DNA from: Candidatus Poribacteria bacterium
GTDB taxonomy: Bacteria > Poribacteria > WGA-4E > WGA-3G
DNA: 64,000 nucleotides
Assembly (NCBI GenBank): GCA_963663765.2
Contig: CAXXUA010000005.1
Coordinates: forward strand, 608,001-672,000
Direction of reading: 5' to 3'
Below, piece after piece: positions 1 to 9,460 of this stretch. Below the pieces are notes generated by a model. It was not told the DNA's origin and did not search any database. It saw only the letters and a list, made by a program, of their open reading frames with translations. Position 1 is the first letter of the stretch. Each line of letters opens with the position of its first letter. The translations under genes were made by a program, and so were the position numbers.

Positions 1-445
1 GAACCGCATACTGCATTTGACTCATTGCATAGTTGAAATCGCTTTTTGCTTGTTCTATTTCAACATGCTTTTGATGTTGGTGAATACCAAATATCATCAT
101 CGCTATAAGAGATGCAATTGCACTGACACGCAGAATCAGTAGACGCGGATTCTGCCAAACAAAAGTACTTACAAAACGATCAAGCCAATTATCGTTGTCA
201 GGATTTTCCTGAACATAAGCTGTAATCTCTCGTAACACATCAGGTGGTGTCGTTGGTTTAGGAAGATCATCCAACACCGTATCAATTGCTTGTGCCAAAT
301 GTAGTTCGTTTTGACACATTTCACATGTTGTAAGATGAGAGGCAATTGCGGATTCAGTGGCAGTATCCAATTCACCTGAGATGTATTCTTCAATTTGAGA
401 TTGGTAGTCAATGCAAGTCATTTTGTGTGATGTATTTTGCGTCAT
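1..445 (-). CDS. Zinc-finger (zf-HC2/ZAS) transmembrane anti-sigma factor, runs off the window start
   Basis: Manual translation from ATG 445: MTQNTSHKMTCIDYQSQIEEYISGELD...SHLTTCEMC (HxxxCxxC) plus one TM segment. Open to position 1, immediately downstream of the ECF sigma gene. Not in the ORF track. Confidence 0.8.
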   Translation of the reverse strand, partial: MTQNTSHKMTCIDYQSQIEEYISGELDTATESAIASHLTTCEMCQNELHLAQAIDTVLDDLPKPTTPPDVLREITAYVQENPDNDNWLDRFVSTFVWQNPRLLILRVSAIASLIAMMIFGIHQHQKHVEIEQAKSDFNYAMSQMQYAV

Positions 446-448
446 CGG

Positions 449-976
449 TTATGTCTCCATAAGACGGTGCAATATCTCCCGCAATTTCTTACGAGCACGG
501 AATACTGTGGATTTAACACTGTTTACTGGTTGGTTCAAGACCTTTGCGATTTCTTTATAACTCATTTCTTCTAATTCACACATGACGATAATTGAACGCA
601 TGTTCGGTGGTAATTCGTCAATTGCACGATGCACCAACTGCTTGAGTTCCTGTTTAATTGCTATCTCATCTGGCGATGGATTTGACTTGTATGAATGTGC
701 ATGTAACAGGTCTTCAAGTGTCACACCATCATCCTCAGATAAATGCACCTGAAATTTTCGTTTTTTGAGTACGTTGAAACACAGATTTTGTGCAACTTTC
801 AACAACCATGAATGTGCTGTTTTTCGCCTTATTTTATTGCGGTGTTGCCATGCTTTGATAAAAGTTTCTTGTGTCATATCCTTTGCGTCTTCACTGTTTT
901 TGAGTAGGTAGAATGCATGCCGATAAACTTTATCTTGATGCATACGGACTATTTCAAGGAATTCTTTTTCATTCAT
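449..976 (-). CDS. ECF (sigma-70 group 4) RNA polymerase sigma factor
   Basis: DAKDMTQETFIKAW (region 2) and MSYKEIAKVLNQPVNSVKSTVFRARKKL (region 4); 175 aa. Confidence 0.92.
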   Translation of the reverse strand: MNEKEFLEIVRMHQDKVYRHAFYLLKNSEDAKDMTQETFIKAWQHRNKIRRKTAHSWLLKVAQNLCFNVLKKRKFQVHLSEDDGVTLEDLLHAHSYKSNPSPDEIAIKQELKQLVHRAIDELPPNMRSIIVMCELEEMSYKEIAKVLNQPVNSVKSTVFRARKKLREILHRLMET

Positions 977-1067
977 AGAGCAACTCCGCGCGCATTGAAG
1001 TTAATGCTACTACAAATAAGTTTCAAAAAAGTTGCATCTATTATTAGAAATGGTATTAGTTTAGTTT

Positions 1068-1602
1068 CAATACCTTCGCCAATAATAGACATTCTTCCAG
1101 ATTGTGCGGTCAGTTGTAGCACATTCTTCCGGATTGTGCGGTCAGTTGTAGCACATTCTTCCAGATTGTGCGGTCAGTTGTAGCACATTCTTCCAGATTG
1201 TGCGGTCAGTTGTAGCACATTCTTCCAGATTGTGCGGTCAGTTGTAGCACATTCTTCCAGATTGTGTGGTCAGTTGTAGCACATTCTGCCAGATTGTGCG
1301 GTCAGTTGTAGCACATTCTTCCAGATTGTGCGGTCAGTTGTAGCACATTCTTCCAGATTGTGCGGTCAGTTGTAGCACATTCTGCCAGATTGTGCGGTCA
1401 GTTGTAGCACATTCTGCCAGATTGTGCATATAAATTATTCTGTCAGATTCTATCGTCAAATTAGACACTATGATAATTAAAATACTTCAACGAAAACCTG
1501 AAGTTATTTTTATTTATGTAATCCTAACAATATCACAGAGCAATGGTAGATCAACACTATATACTCATTCAACTGAAGCACTCAAAAATGGCGAAGGTAT
1601 TG
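1068..1602. mobile_element. MITE family A, copy 1, carrying about 10.5 tandem 32-bp REP-like units
   Basis: 14-bp perfect TIR CAATACCTTCGCCA; 8-bp TSD TTTAGTTT (1060-1067, 1603-1610); near-identical copy at 60135-60414. Confidence 0.9.
1091..1427 (+). repeat. Tandem array of a 32-bp unit ATTCTTCCAGATTGTGCGGTCAGTTGTAGCAC (GTAG plus hairpin, REP-like)
   Basis: Units start at 1091, 1123, 1155 ... 1411 with no spacers; each contains GTAG overlapping GCACA..TGTGC inverted arms. Confidence 0.95.
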
Positions 1603-2112
1603 TTTAGTTTAAAAGGGGAAATTTATTGAAAACATATAATTTTCTATGTTAGCGTGTGTGATTTTTTGACAATTGAATGCTTCTAATTGAGCACTCTTTC
1701 CCTATCGTGGAATTTTTTAGTTGTTTTTTTCGTGTTTTTTGCATTTTTTTCAAAAGTGTTCTCGATCCTATCGTGGTTTGGGTTTCTGAAGGTTATTGAA
1801 ATTTACGAATTTTTAAAAAACAACTAAATGGGTTTTTTGTCGTTTTTTTATTGTGTATTTTTGTATCTGTTCTGGAGTTACCAGCTGCATTTGTGTTCTC
1901 TGATTTGTCTGTCATTTTGGTGCTTCATGTTTATATAATACCATTTCAAAATGACAAATTAGCATAATAAACTGCAGGTCCAAATCAATGGTATGAATCA
2001 TGGGTAATGCCATGCGTGCATTCGCACAATGGCATTACCCGGGTAGAGTTTGCGAAACCGGACATGGGAAACTTCCATTTAATCATACATGTCGGGATTC
2101 GCAAACTCTACC

Positions 2113-2304
2113 CATAGGCGTCAATTTAAGGCAGCTAATCCTCGTACACATCGTAGGGGTAAGGTCGCCTCGCCCGTGTAAATGAACTTTCAATCGTGCG
2201 GGGAAACCCCGCCCTACAATAAAGGTGCCATCTAAAGGAATTAGAACATACAAGGTTTCACTTACACAAGAATAGAGAACTTCTTACTTAAATTGACAGC
2301 TATA
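2113..2304. mobile_element. MITE family G copy with an internal GTAG REP doublet
   Basis: Left end CATAGGCGTCAATTTAAG, right end CTTAAATTGACAGCTATA; same ends as 33469-33610; sits against the CTAC end of the REP doublet at 2041-2112. Confidence 0.65.
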
Positions 2305-2519
2305 ACGAGTTGTGCTAAATAACTATATGTTAATCATTGTTTCACATAACCATGACGTTTTGCAGGTGTCCTTCATAGTTTGAAACGATCTTCAGTCCCG
2401 TAGGGACGATATGTGTGCATTATAAACCTAATATATGTAAAAACTTTGAAAACAATGGGTTAACTGGCACAAGTCGTAGCTATAGGGTATCGCTTTGCTC
2501 TACCCGACCTACGAAATAA

Positions 2520-2673
2520 TACCATTTTCATGTGATAATGTCTCATTATCACATGAAAACTGGTAGGAGCGATCTCACTGTCGCGACCGGGAGGTCGCTC
2601 CTACCGAAGAGAGTAACCCCCTGCCAGTAAACAGTGGAATTCCTTAATGAGACAAGATTTATTTGAATTGGTA
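2520..2673 (+). mobile_element. MITE family B (154 bp), copy 1
   Basis: TACC..GGTA ends, imperfect ~29-bp TIR, TAA duplication, central GTAGGAGCGA..TCGCTCCTAC palindrome; four 154-bp copies in the window. Confidence 0.88.
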
Positions 2674-2954
2674 TAATGTCACATCATCATTTAGAAATGG
2701 TATAAGACTAAAAGTTTGGATTTTCTAACAGCGAATCTCATAAATGCTTTTTTATCCATAGTAACGAATTGTGTGTCCAGAATTTCAGGGTTAGAAACCC
2801 CTCCTACGATTTTTGAGATAAGTTGTAGTAATATTATACATCATGCGGTGTTAGGATAGTTTGTTTTTGTATTTAGTTATGGAGATTTCCAATAAGTTTA
2901 ATGTGTATTTGGAATTTTGGGACGGCATTTCTATACATATAATTTATACATGCC

Positions 2955-3016
2955 AAAAAAGAAAACCTTAATATCAAGTCATTAGGTTATAAAACCTATA
3001 CAACCGACATTAAGGT
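2955..3016 (-). terminator. Probable intrinsic terminator after nuoN
   Basis: Imperfect long hairpin (ACCTTAAT...ATTAAGGT) followed on the minus strand by TTTCTTTTTT, about 35 nt after the nuoN stop. Confidence 0.45.
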
Positions 3017-3050
3017 AATGATTTACTTTTTGTGAATTGGTGATGTTTAG

Positions 3051-4514
3051 TTATAACACAACATTTTGTGCGGGATTGATCAGTAGCGATGGCAAAATAC
3101 CGATAAGTAAAACACCAATTGCTGCAAGGACTAAGCCGATGACTAATGTAGAGGGATACGGATTGAAATCCAATTCTTCTTCCGGTTCACGCATATACAT
3201 CGTGACGACTACGCGGAGGTAGTAGAACGCTGAAATCGCAGTATTGACGGCACCAAAAATTACAAGCCAATTGTGTCCTGCACCGATTGCGGATTTGAAG
3301 ATATAGAACTTACCAACAAATCCTGCAGTGGGCGGAAAACCTGCCAAAGACAGCAGCATTAACGTTAAAAATCCACCAAGTAAAGGTTTTCGGAAACCGA
3401 GTCCTGTGTAATCGGAAATCATCAAACTTTCACCATCAGCAGTTCTCGCCAAGATTACCGCACCAAATGCGCCGATATTCATAACGCAATAAACAAGAAG
3501 ATATATCATTGCACTGGAGACACCTTCATTTCTAATTGCTTCCACTGTGCTACTGGCTGCTGCCAAGCCGATGAGAACGTAACCAGCGTGTGCAATACTT
3601 GAATAAGCAAGCATTCGTTTGATGTTTGTTTGTGCAATAGCAATGACGTTTCCAACCGTCATGGTCAGCATTGCGATTAGAATGATAACCCCACTCCATT
3701 CAGTGTTTAGGTTCGGTAATGCTTCTGTGAATATTCTGATAAAGGCTGCAAAACCTGCTGCTTTTGGACCTGCCGAGATGAAAGCAGCGATGGTCGTAGG
3801 TGCACCTTCATAAACATCAGGTGCCCATTGATGGAATGGTACTACTGCGACTTTAAAACCGAAGCCCACAACGAGTAGGAATATACCTGCTAAGAGAAGG
3901 GGTGATTGACTCTCAGTGGTGAGTTTTTCGGCAATTCCTGGAATACTTGTAGTGCCTGTGGCACCGTAAATTAGAGCGATTCCGTAAAGGAAAAATGCAC
4001 TTGCGAACGCACCGAGTAACAGATACTTCATACCCGCTTCGCTTGATGCTGGACTATCTCGGAAATAACCTGCTAACACATACAACGATAGCGACATCAG
4101 TTCTAAACCGAGGAAAACGATAATCAACTCATTCCCGGCAGCCATCAACATCATGCCAAGTGTTGCTAACAGGATAAGTAGGTAGTAGGGTCCCTGTTTT
4201 TTGTCGTCTCTCCCTAAATAACTGATTGAGAATAACGCAACCAAAATGGTTGAAACGAGAAAAATGATATTGAAAAAGAGGGAAAAACTATCAATCCTGA
4301 ACATATCGTTGAATTGGGTTATATCAGTACCTGCATTTAGTAGATTTATTGATGACCATAGGGCAATCCCCGACCCAACGATTGTCATCCATGCATGCAT
4401 CTTTTTGGATATTGAATCAAACATGTCAAAAACAAGCACAAGAAACAACGTTGTCACTATGACAAGTTGTGGCATCAATAATGACCAATCTATATCAGGC
4501 ATCTCAACTGGCAT
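3051..4514 (-). CDS. nuoN: NADH-quinone oxidoreductase subunit N
   Basis: GFKVAVVPFHQWAPDVYEGAPT, KRMLAYSSIAHAGY, SLAGFPPTAGF motifs. Confidence 0.97.
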   Translation of the reverse strand: MPVEMPDIDWSLLMPQLVIVTTLFLVLVFDMFDSISKKMHAWMTIVGSGIALWSSINLLNAGTDITQFNDMFRIDSFSLFFNIIFLVSTILVALFSISYLGRDDKKQGPYYLLILLATLGMMLMAAGNELIIVFLGLELMSLSLYVLAGYFRDSPASSEAGMKYLLLGAFASAFFLYGIALIYGATGTTSIPGIAEKLTTESQSPLLLAGIFLLVVGFGFKVAVVPFHQWAPDVYEGAPTTIAAFISAGPKAAGFAAFIRIFTEALPNLNTEWSGVIILIAMLTMTVGNVIAIAQTNIKRMLAYSSIAHAGYVLIGLAAASSTVEAIRNEGVSSAMIYLLVYCVMNIGAFGAVILARTADGESLMISDYTGLGFRKPLLGGFLTLMLLSLAGFPPTAGFVGKFYIFKSAIGAGHNWLVIFGAVNTAISAFYYLRVVVTMYMREPEEELDFNPYPSTLVIGLVLAAIGVLLIGILPSLLINPAQNVVL

Positions 4515-4587
4515 TCAAAACCTCCATTTTCAAACTCAGTAATTCTCTTTAAATTGAACTTAGAACTATAGATAGAACTCCTATTTC

Positions 4588-6075
4588 CTATCTCAAAAAC
4601 ACAAAGGTCACAACAACAAAAAGCGGTACTAAAATCACTATGGACCATAACATATATCCGAAGAAACTTGGCATACGAATTCCGCTCTGTTCAGCAATCG
4701 CTTTGACCATGAAATTTGGTGCGTTGCCGATATAGGTATTTGCCCCCATAAAAACTGCGCCGACTGATATTGCTGTTAGCAGTCTAATAAACTCAAGATG
4801 ATGTGGTTCAGTTAATTGTCCAGTCAATATCATTGGTACATCTGCTTCAGTAAGATGTAATTTTCCAAGTGCTGTATTGAAGAACGTCAAATAGGTCGGT
4901 GCGTTGTCTAAGAAACTGGATAAGATACCGGTAGTCCAGAAATAGTGAAATGGTTCTTGCATTGCACCAATTAATCCAGCTAAGGCACCTTTTTCTCCTG
5001 CTTTTAGAATTGCCAATGCTGGAATAATCGTCATAAAGATTCCGGCGAAAACTTTTGCGACTTCTTCAATTGGCTCCCATGAGAATTCGTTCGTTTTCCG
5101 TAATTCACCGCTAAAGGGTGTAAATAGGAGTGAAAATACCCCCATTGCGACAATCAATAATTCACGAGCGATATTCTGCCAATACACATGGACACCAAGG
5201 ATGTTTACTTCCCCCCATTTGAACTTTCCACTCATTAATACTGCACCGATGATACCGAGAAGGAAGACAAGGTTGAATAGTCCATCTACCCGGAGTGGTT
5301 CTTTTGCTCCATCATCGGGGACAACACCACCCTCACGTCTGAACATAAATGTGTCAACAACAAAGAAGAGGGCAATCAATATCACACTGATAAATAACAT
5401 GTGTGGGAAGAGTGCAGCAGTTGTCCAGAAAAATGGCACCCCGCGCAGGAAACCGAGGAATAGTGGTGGATCTCCTATAGGTGTTAATGAACCACCGATA
5501 TTACTCACAAGAATAATGAAAAAGACAATTAAGTGTACCTTGTTCTTCCTATATTCATTTGCACGAATTAAGGGACGAATCAGAAGCATGGATGCTCCAG
5601 TTGTTCCCACCCAAGACGCTATCACAGTACCGAACAACAACAACAAGGTATTGACGACTGGTGTACCTCGTAACGATCCGCGAACAAGGATACCCCCTGC
5701 AACAGTAAACAAACCCCATAACAGAATGATGAATGGGATATAATCTAAAAGGTAAATATGGAGAATATCGTAGAATGCTTCACCTTTGAAAACTGCAAGA
5801 TATGGAATTGCAAAAACTAACGCCCACACTAATGACATCTTCCCACCATGATGGACGAGAAAATGTGAATCGAATACAAGCGGCAGAATTGCAATTGATA
5901 ATAGGATACCAACAAATGGAATGATACTCCAGATAGGTAATTTGGATCCGTCTACACCGTGGTGTGCAGCTTCTCCATTCTGTGTTTCATCAGCTCCGAA
6001 ACTATCCAGAGATACGGATAGTGTAAGTCCTACAATGATAGTAAGTATAATACAACAAGCGAGTCTTGATTTCAC
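4588..6075 (-). CDS. Ion-transporter (IT) superfamily membrane protein, putative Na+/H+ antiporter (CitMHS_2-like)
   Basis: About 13 TM segments; SNIGGSLTPIGDPPLFLG, SSFLDNAPTY, GANTYIGNAPNFMVK motifs; GTG start overlaps the nuoM TAG (TAGTG). Confidence 0.85.
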   Translation of the reverse strand: MKSRLACCIILTIIVGLTLSVSLDSFGADETQNGEAAHHGVDGSKLPIWSIIPFVGILLSIAILPLVFDSHFLVHHGGKMSLVWALVFAIPYLAVFKGEAFYDILHIYLLDYIPFIILLWGLFTVAGGILVRGSLRGTPVVNTLLLLFGTVIASWVGTTGASMLLIRPLIRANEYRKNKVHLIVFFIILVSNIGGSLTPIGDPPLFLGFLRGVPFFWTTAALFPHMLFISVILIALFFVVDTFMFRREGGVVPDDGAKEPLRVDGLFNLVFLLGIIGAVLMSGKFKWGEVNILGVHVYWQNIARELLIVAMGVFSLLFTPFSGELRKTNEFSWEPIEEVAKVFAGIFMTIIPALAILKAGEKGALAGLIGAMQEPFHYFWTTGILSSFLDNAPTYLTFFNTALGKLHLTEADVPMILTGQLTEPHHLEFIRLLTAISVGAVFMGANTYIGNAPNFMVKAIAEQSGIRMPSFFGYMLWSIVILVPLFVVVTFVFLR

Positions 6076-7691
6076 TATTTCGTCTCTGCCTCCTCATCTT
6101 CTATCATTTCCTCTTTTGTAGTTTCGACTTTCGGTATAGATGAGTGTCTTGTTTCATCATCAAGTATAACTTGTCCGACTTCAGGGTTTTCATTATTTGT
6201 ATCTTTTACCTTTACAACGATTGCATCCACAGACTTTTCCATTGGTTCCATAAATGTTTTTGGAAACACCCCGATCCAGACGATGAAAAGCAGTATAGGT
6301 ACAAGTACAGCGATTTCTCTTGGTTTCAGGTCAGGTAACGAAGCATTCTTTTCGTCCGGTGTACCGAACATAACACGTTGGAACATCCAGAGCATATAAA
6401 CTGCTGCCAAAATCACTCCCGTTGTTGCGAACACCACATACCATATAGGTATTGCACCACCGACAAAACTACCCAGTAGAATCATAAACTCACCGACAAA
6501 TCCGTTCAGACCTGGTAATCCAATGGATGACAGCGTGACAATCAAGAAGATGGTAGCGAAAACAGGCATATTCTTTGCTAACCCCCCGAAATCAACTATC
6601 ATTCGGCTATGTCTACGTTCATAGATCATACCGACCAATAGGAACAAAGCCCCTGTGCTTAGACCGTGATTGACCATCTGAATAACACTGCCCTGAATTC
6701 CAATTTGGTCCTGAGAAAAGAGTCCCAAAACAACAAAACCGAGATGACTCACACTGGAATATGCAACTAATTTCTTCAAATCCGGTTGCACCATTGCGAC
6801 TAATGCCCCATAGATGATACCAATTACTGCAAGTGGGACTATCCATGGTGTCGCGTTTGCTGCTGCTTCTGGGAAAAGTGGTAGGCAGAAGCGGACTATA
6901 CCATACGTACCCATCTTGAGCAGCACGCCTGCAAGGATGACACTGCCGACTGTGGGTGCTTCAACGTGTGCATCTGGTAGCCAAGTATGGAATGGAAAGA
7001 GTGGGACTTTAATTGCGAATGCAATAAAAAATGCAAGGAATAAGAGCATGGAATGGTCAAATTCAAATCCTTCAGCAGACGTTTGCGCGAGGAGTGTCGT
7101 GAGATCAAAACCATTATCCCCGTTTTGGAAGTATAGTGCCAAAATGCCGACTAACATGAGCGCACTGCCAGCCATAGTATAAAGTACGAACTTCACAGTA
7201 GCATATATTCGACGTTCTCCACCCCATATTCCGATGAGGAAATACATTGGGATTAACATTGCTTCCCAGAACACGAAGAACAGGAATAGGTCTAATGCAC
7301 AGAATACGCCTAACATGCCGGTTTCCAGAGCAAGTAGTGACATCATAAAACCGCTGAGACCTTTCTCTACGGAATTCCACGAGGCAAGGATACATATTGG
7401 CGTTAGGAAAGTTGTTAAAAGCACCAACCACAACGAAATACCATCAATGCCGATGTGGTAACTGATACCTAAACCTTCAATCCAATCCTGTTTCTGGTAG
7501 AGTTCTGAGTTTTCGGTTTGGAACCCGGCAGCATCCGATTCAAATTCTGTGTAAAGGCGTATTGAAATAATAAAGGTAAGTAGACCAATACCCAGTGCAA
7601 TCCATTTAACTGCGTTTGCTCCTAAACCTCTAAACAATGCAATTGCTATCACACCCAGTAGTGGTAAAAAGATAACTATTGAAAGTAACAA
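6075..7691 (-). CDS. nuoM: NADH-quinone oxidoreductase subunit M
   Basis: AIKVPLFPFHTWLPDAHVEAPT, KKLVAYSSVSHLG; TTG start with AGGAG RBS; acidic C-terminal extension. Confidence 0.97.
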   Translation of the reverse strand: MLLSIVIFLPLLGVIAIALFRGLGANAVKWIALGIGLLTFIISIRLYTEFESDAAGFQTENSELYQKQDWIEGLGISYHIGIDGISLWLVLLTTFLTPICILASWNSVEKGLSGFMMSLLALETGMLGVFCALDLFLFFVFWEAMLIPMYFLIGIWGGERRIYATVKFVLYTMAGSALMLVGILALYFQNGDNGFDLTTLLAQTSAEGFEFDHSMLLFLAFFIAFAIKVPLFPFHTWLPDAHVEAPTVGSVILAGVLLKMGTYGIVRFCLPLFPEAAANATPWIVPLAVIGIIYGALVAMVQPDLKKLVAYSSVSHLGFVVLGLFSQDQIGIQGSVIQMVNHGLSTGALFLLVGMIYERRHSRMIVDFGGLAKNMPVFATIFLIVTLSSIGLPGLNGFVGEFMILLGSFVGGAIPIWYVVFATTGVILAAVYMLWMFQRVMFGTPDEKNASLPDLKPREIAVLVPILLFIVWIGVFPKTFMEPMEKSVDAIVVKVKDTNNENPEVGQVILDDETRHSSIPKVETTKEEMIEDEEAETK

Positions 7692-7820
7692 AAAGAACTC
7701 CTTAGATTTACGGTGCTACCTTAGCACCAAAAAAAGTCATTGCGAATATCTTATGTAAATTACAAAGTAACATGTCTGTTCCCTAAATACACATCCTTTT
7801 CAATAATTCTAAAACAAGGA

Positions 7821-8255
7821 CTAACTGAACCAAATAAACAACCAATCCCAAAAAGTAGGTGCTAAATCAGGTTGTTCCCGTGCTAATTGTCGTCTACGTT
7901 TAGAAAAATAATTTCGTGGTGTGTTCGTCTTCCACCAAGACAACAATTGCTGATTAAACTTAGAAATTTCTTCCTCTGATTTCTTACAGTTATCCAGAAC
8001 CCATGCCCCCAGTCTAACGTCATTTGTAATTCTAACTGCTGCTTCTTGAAAAGCGTCTGCAGAAATTCCCAAGAAAGTCAATATCCGTTTATCCTGCTGT
8101 GAGTCATTGCCGTACTTGTATTCACCAATCTGTCCAGTATACGCGGCGCGTGCTTTGTCCGACATTCTAGCGACACCACAGATTCCAGCAACCTCTTTGC
8201 TAACCAAATTGCGCGGTTGAAATTTATTCTGTTTCATTTCTTCCTCCGTTAGCAT
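7821..8255 (-). CDS. DUF5069-like protein
   Basis: PR..VAGICGVARMSDKARA...GEYKYG..D..LTFLGI pattern, recognised from memory of the family. Confidence 0.6.
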   Translation of the reverse strand: MLTEEEMKQNKFQPRNLVSKEVAGICGVARMSDKARAAYTGQIGEYKYGNDSQQDKRILTFLGISADAFQEAAVRITNDVRLGAWVLDNCKKSEEEISKFNQQLLSWWKTNTPRNYFSKRRRQLAREQPDLAPTFWDWLFIWFS

Positions 8256-8274
8256 TCCTTATAATAGGAAAAAA

Positions 8275-9432
8275 TTAGAATCTTTTGTATATCGGGTTAC
8301 ATTTTTGGTGTTTTCCTAACAGTTCTTTGAAATACATCTCTACTTTAGTCTCCACCACCTTCTCCTCAATCGGATCTATATGAAAGTGATTTTGCAAATA
8401 AGGGTGGTGTCTAATAGTATCACTTACGAAATAGTGTTTATATTGCTTGAACAACTTATCATCTATTGGCACATCACAGTTTCCAAAATAGAAGGGAAGC
8501 CTATATATGTTTCTTTTAAACACATCTACATAAGCGTAATAATCCAGTTTTGTTTTGTCAAGGACAATCGTGTTTGTGCTATATTCTTGGACAAAAGTGC
8601 GATTACGTTTTAATGCGTTAATATCCCGCATTGTCCAGAAAAACAGAGAATCATCAGGGACCGGTAGTTGCTGCTTGCTGGGATATTTGCGAACATAACT
8701 TGTGATATAGTCAAAATCACTCAAACAGAAACGATCCTTGTCCGCTATTTTAAAATGAAATGAACGGATATAATCGTATTCCATTCCATTTACATCTCGT
8801 TGATAAAAAGCAATAATGATTGGAAAATGTGTATGTTTAGCTGATTCTGGGAATTCACCACTACTAATCAATATTCCATCTATCAGTTTATAATTTGCAG
8901 TAAACTCCTTTAAGTGTTTGAAATTTGTTTGCTTTATCAAGTAAGATAATGGATGTAACACACATATATAATCCGCTTTCAGTTTATTATAGGAACGGAG
9001 AAATGAAATTCCTAAGTCCCGACTTACTATATCTTCATCAACGTCAAAGTCGACATTTTTTATCTTGTGTCGTATTTGCGATGTTCTATCATTATAGGGT
9101 GGGTTTCCTACGACAATCAATCTTTCTGTCTGCTGAGGAATCCCAAATTTTTCTCTTGAAACGTTCTGCAAGGAATTCGTCCGCAAGAATTGAACGCTAT
9201 CCGTGTTCTTTTTTGCTCTATCTATCGCATCTTCGTCAATATCACATCCGATTGTGTGTAGTTGTCCATAGTGCTTTAGAAAATCTCCATAACCGCAAGC
9301 AGTGTCAATTATGGTCGTCTGTGTTTCAATGTATTCCTCAATTAATTCCCATGCAAGTTGTACAATTTTAGGTGGTGTATAATAACTTCCTAAGTTGACT
9401 CTGTCTTCATAGACTAAATGTTTTTGGCTCAT
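8275..9432 (-). CDS. N6-adenine DNA methyltransferase (gamma class), M.PabI/M.HpyAXII-like
   Basis: LGSYYTP, IDTACGYGDF (motif I), GNPPY (motif IV); RDLGISFL, CVLHPLSYLIK, MRDINALKRN segments recalled from the PabI-family MTases. Confidence 0.85.
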   Translation of the reverse strand: MSQKHLVYEDRVNLGSYYTPPKIVQLAWELIEEYIETQTTIIDTACGYGDFLKHYGQLHTIGCDIDEDAIDRAKKNTDSVQFLRTNSLQNVSREKFGIPQQTERLIVVGNPPYNDRTSQIRHKIKNVDFDVDEDIVSRDLGISFLRSYNKLKADYICVLHPLSYLIKQTNFKHLKEFTANYKLIDGILISSGEFPESAKHTHFPIIIAFYQRDVNGMEYDYIRSFHFKIADKDRFCLSDFDYITSYVRKYPSKQQLPVPDDSLFFWTMRDINALKRNRTFVQEYSTNTIVLDKTKLDYYAYVDVFKRNIYRLPFYFGNCDVPIDDKLFKQYKHYFVSDTIRHHPYLQNHFHIDPIEEKVVETKVEMYFKELLGKHQKCNPIYKRF

Positions 9433-9460
9433 TTTTCTGCCATTAAATCTTTACAATCAC

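Larger units (their letters stand above)
1939..2702. mobile_element. Outer MITE-like shell (TACC ends) containing REP doublets and nested family G and B MITEs
   Basis: TIR TACCATTTCAAAATGA vs TACCATTTCTAAATGA (15/16); TAA on both flanks (1936-1938, 2703-2705). Confidence 0.7.

Noticed and set aside
917-1183. 88-aa ORF (also 57990-58202, 18866-19117, 18914-19141, 18972-19193)
   Set aside because: These are translations of tandem repeats or shadow frames of real genes.
1091-1427. CRISPR array
   Set aside because: The 32-bp units are contiguous with no unique spacers, lie inside a TIR/TSD element, and no cas genes are present.
1690-1930. Possible gene remnant on the minus strand (K/T/N-rich)
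   Set aside because: It is low-complexity sequence with multiple stops and no assignable family.
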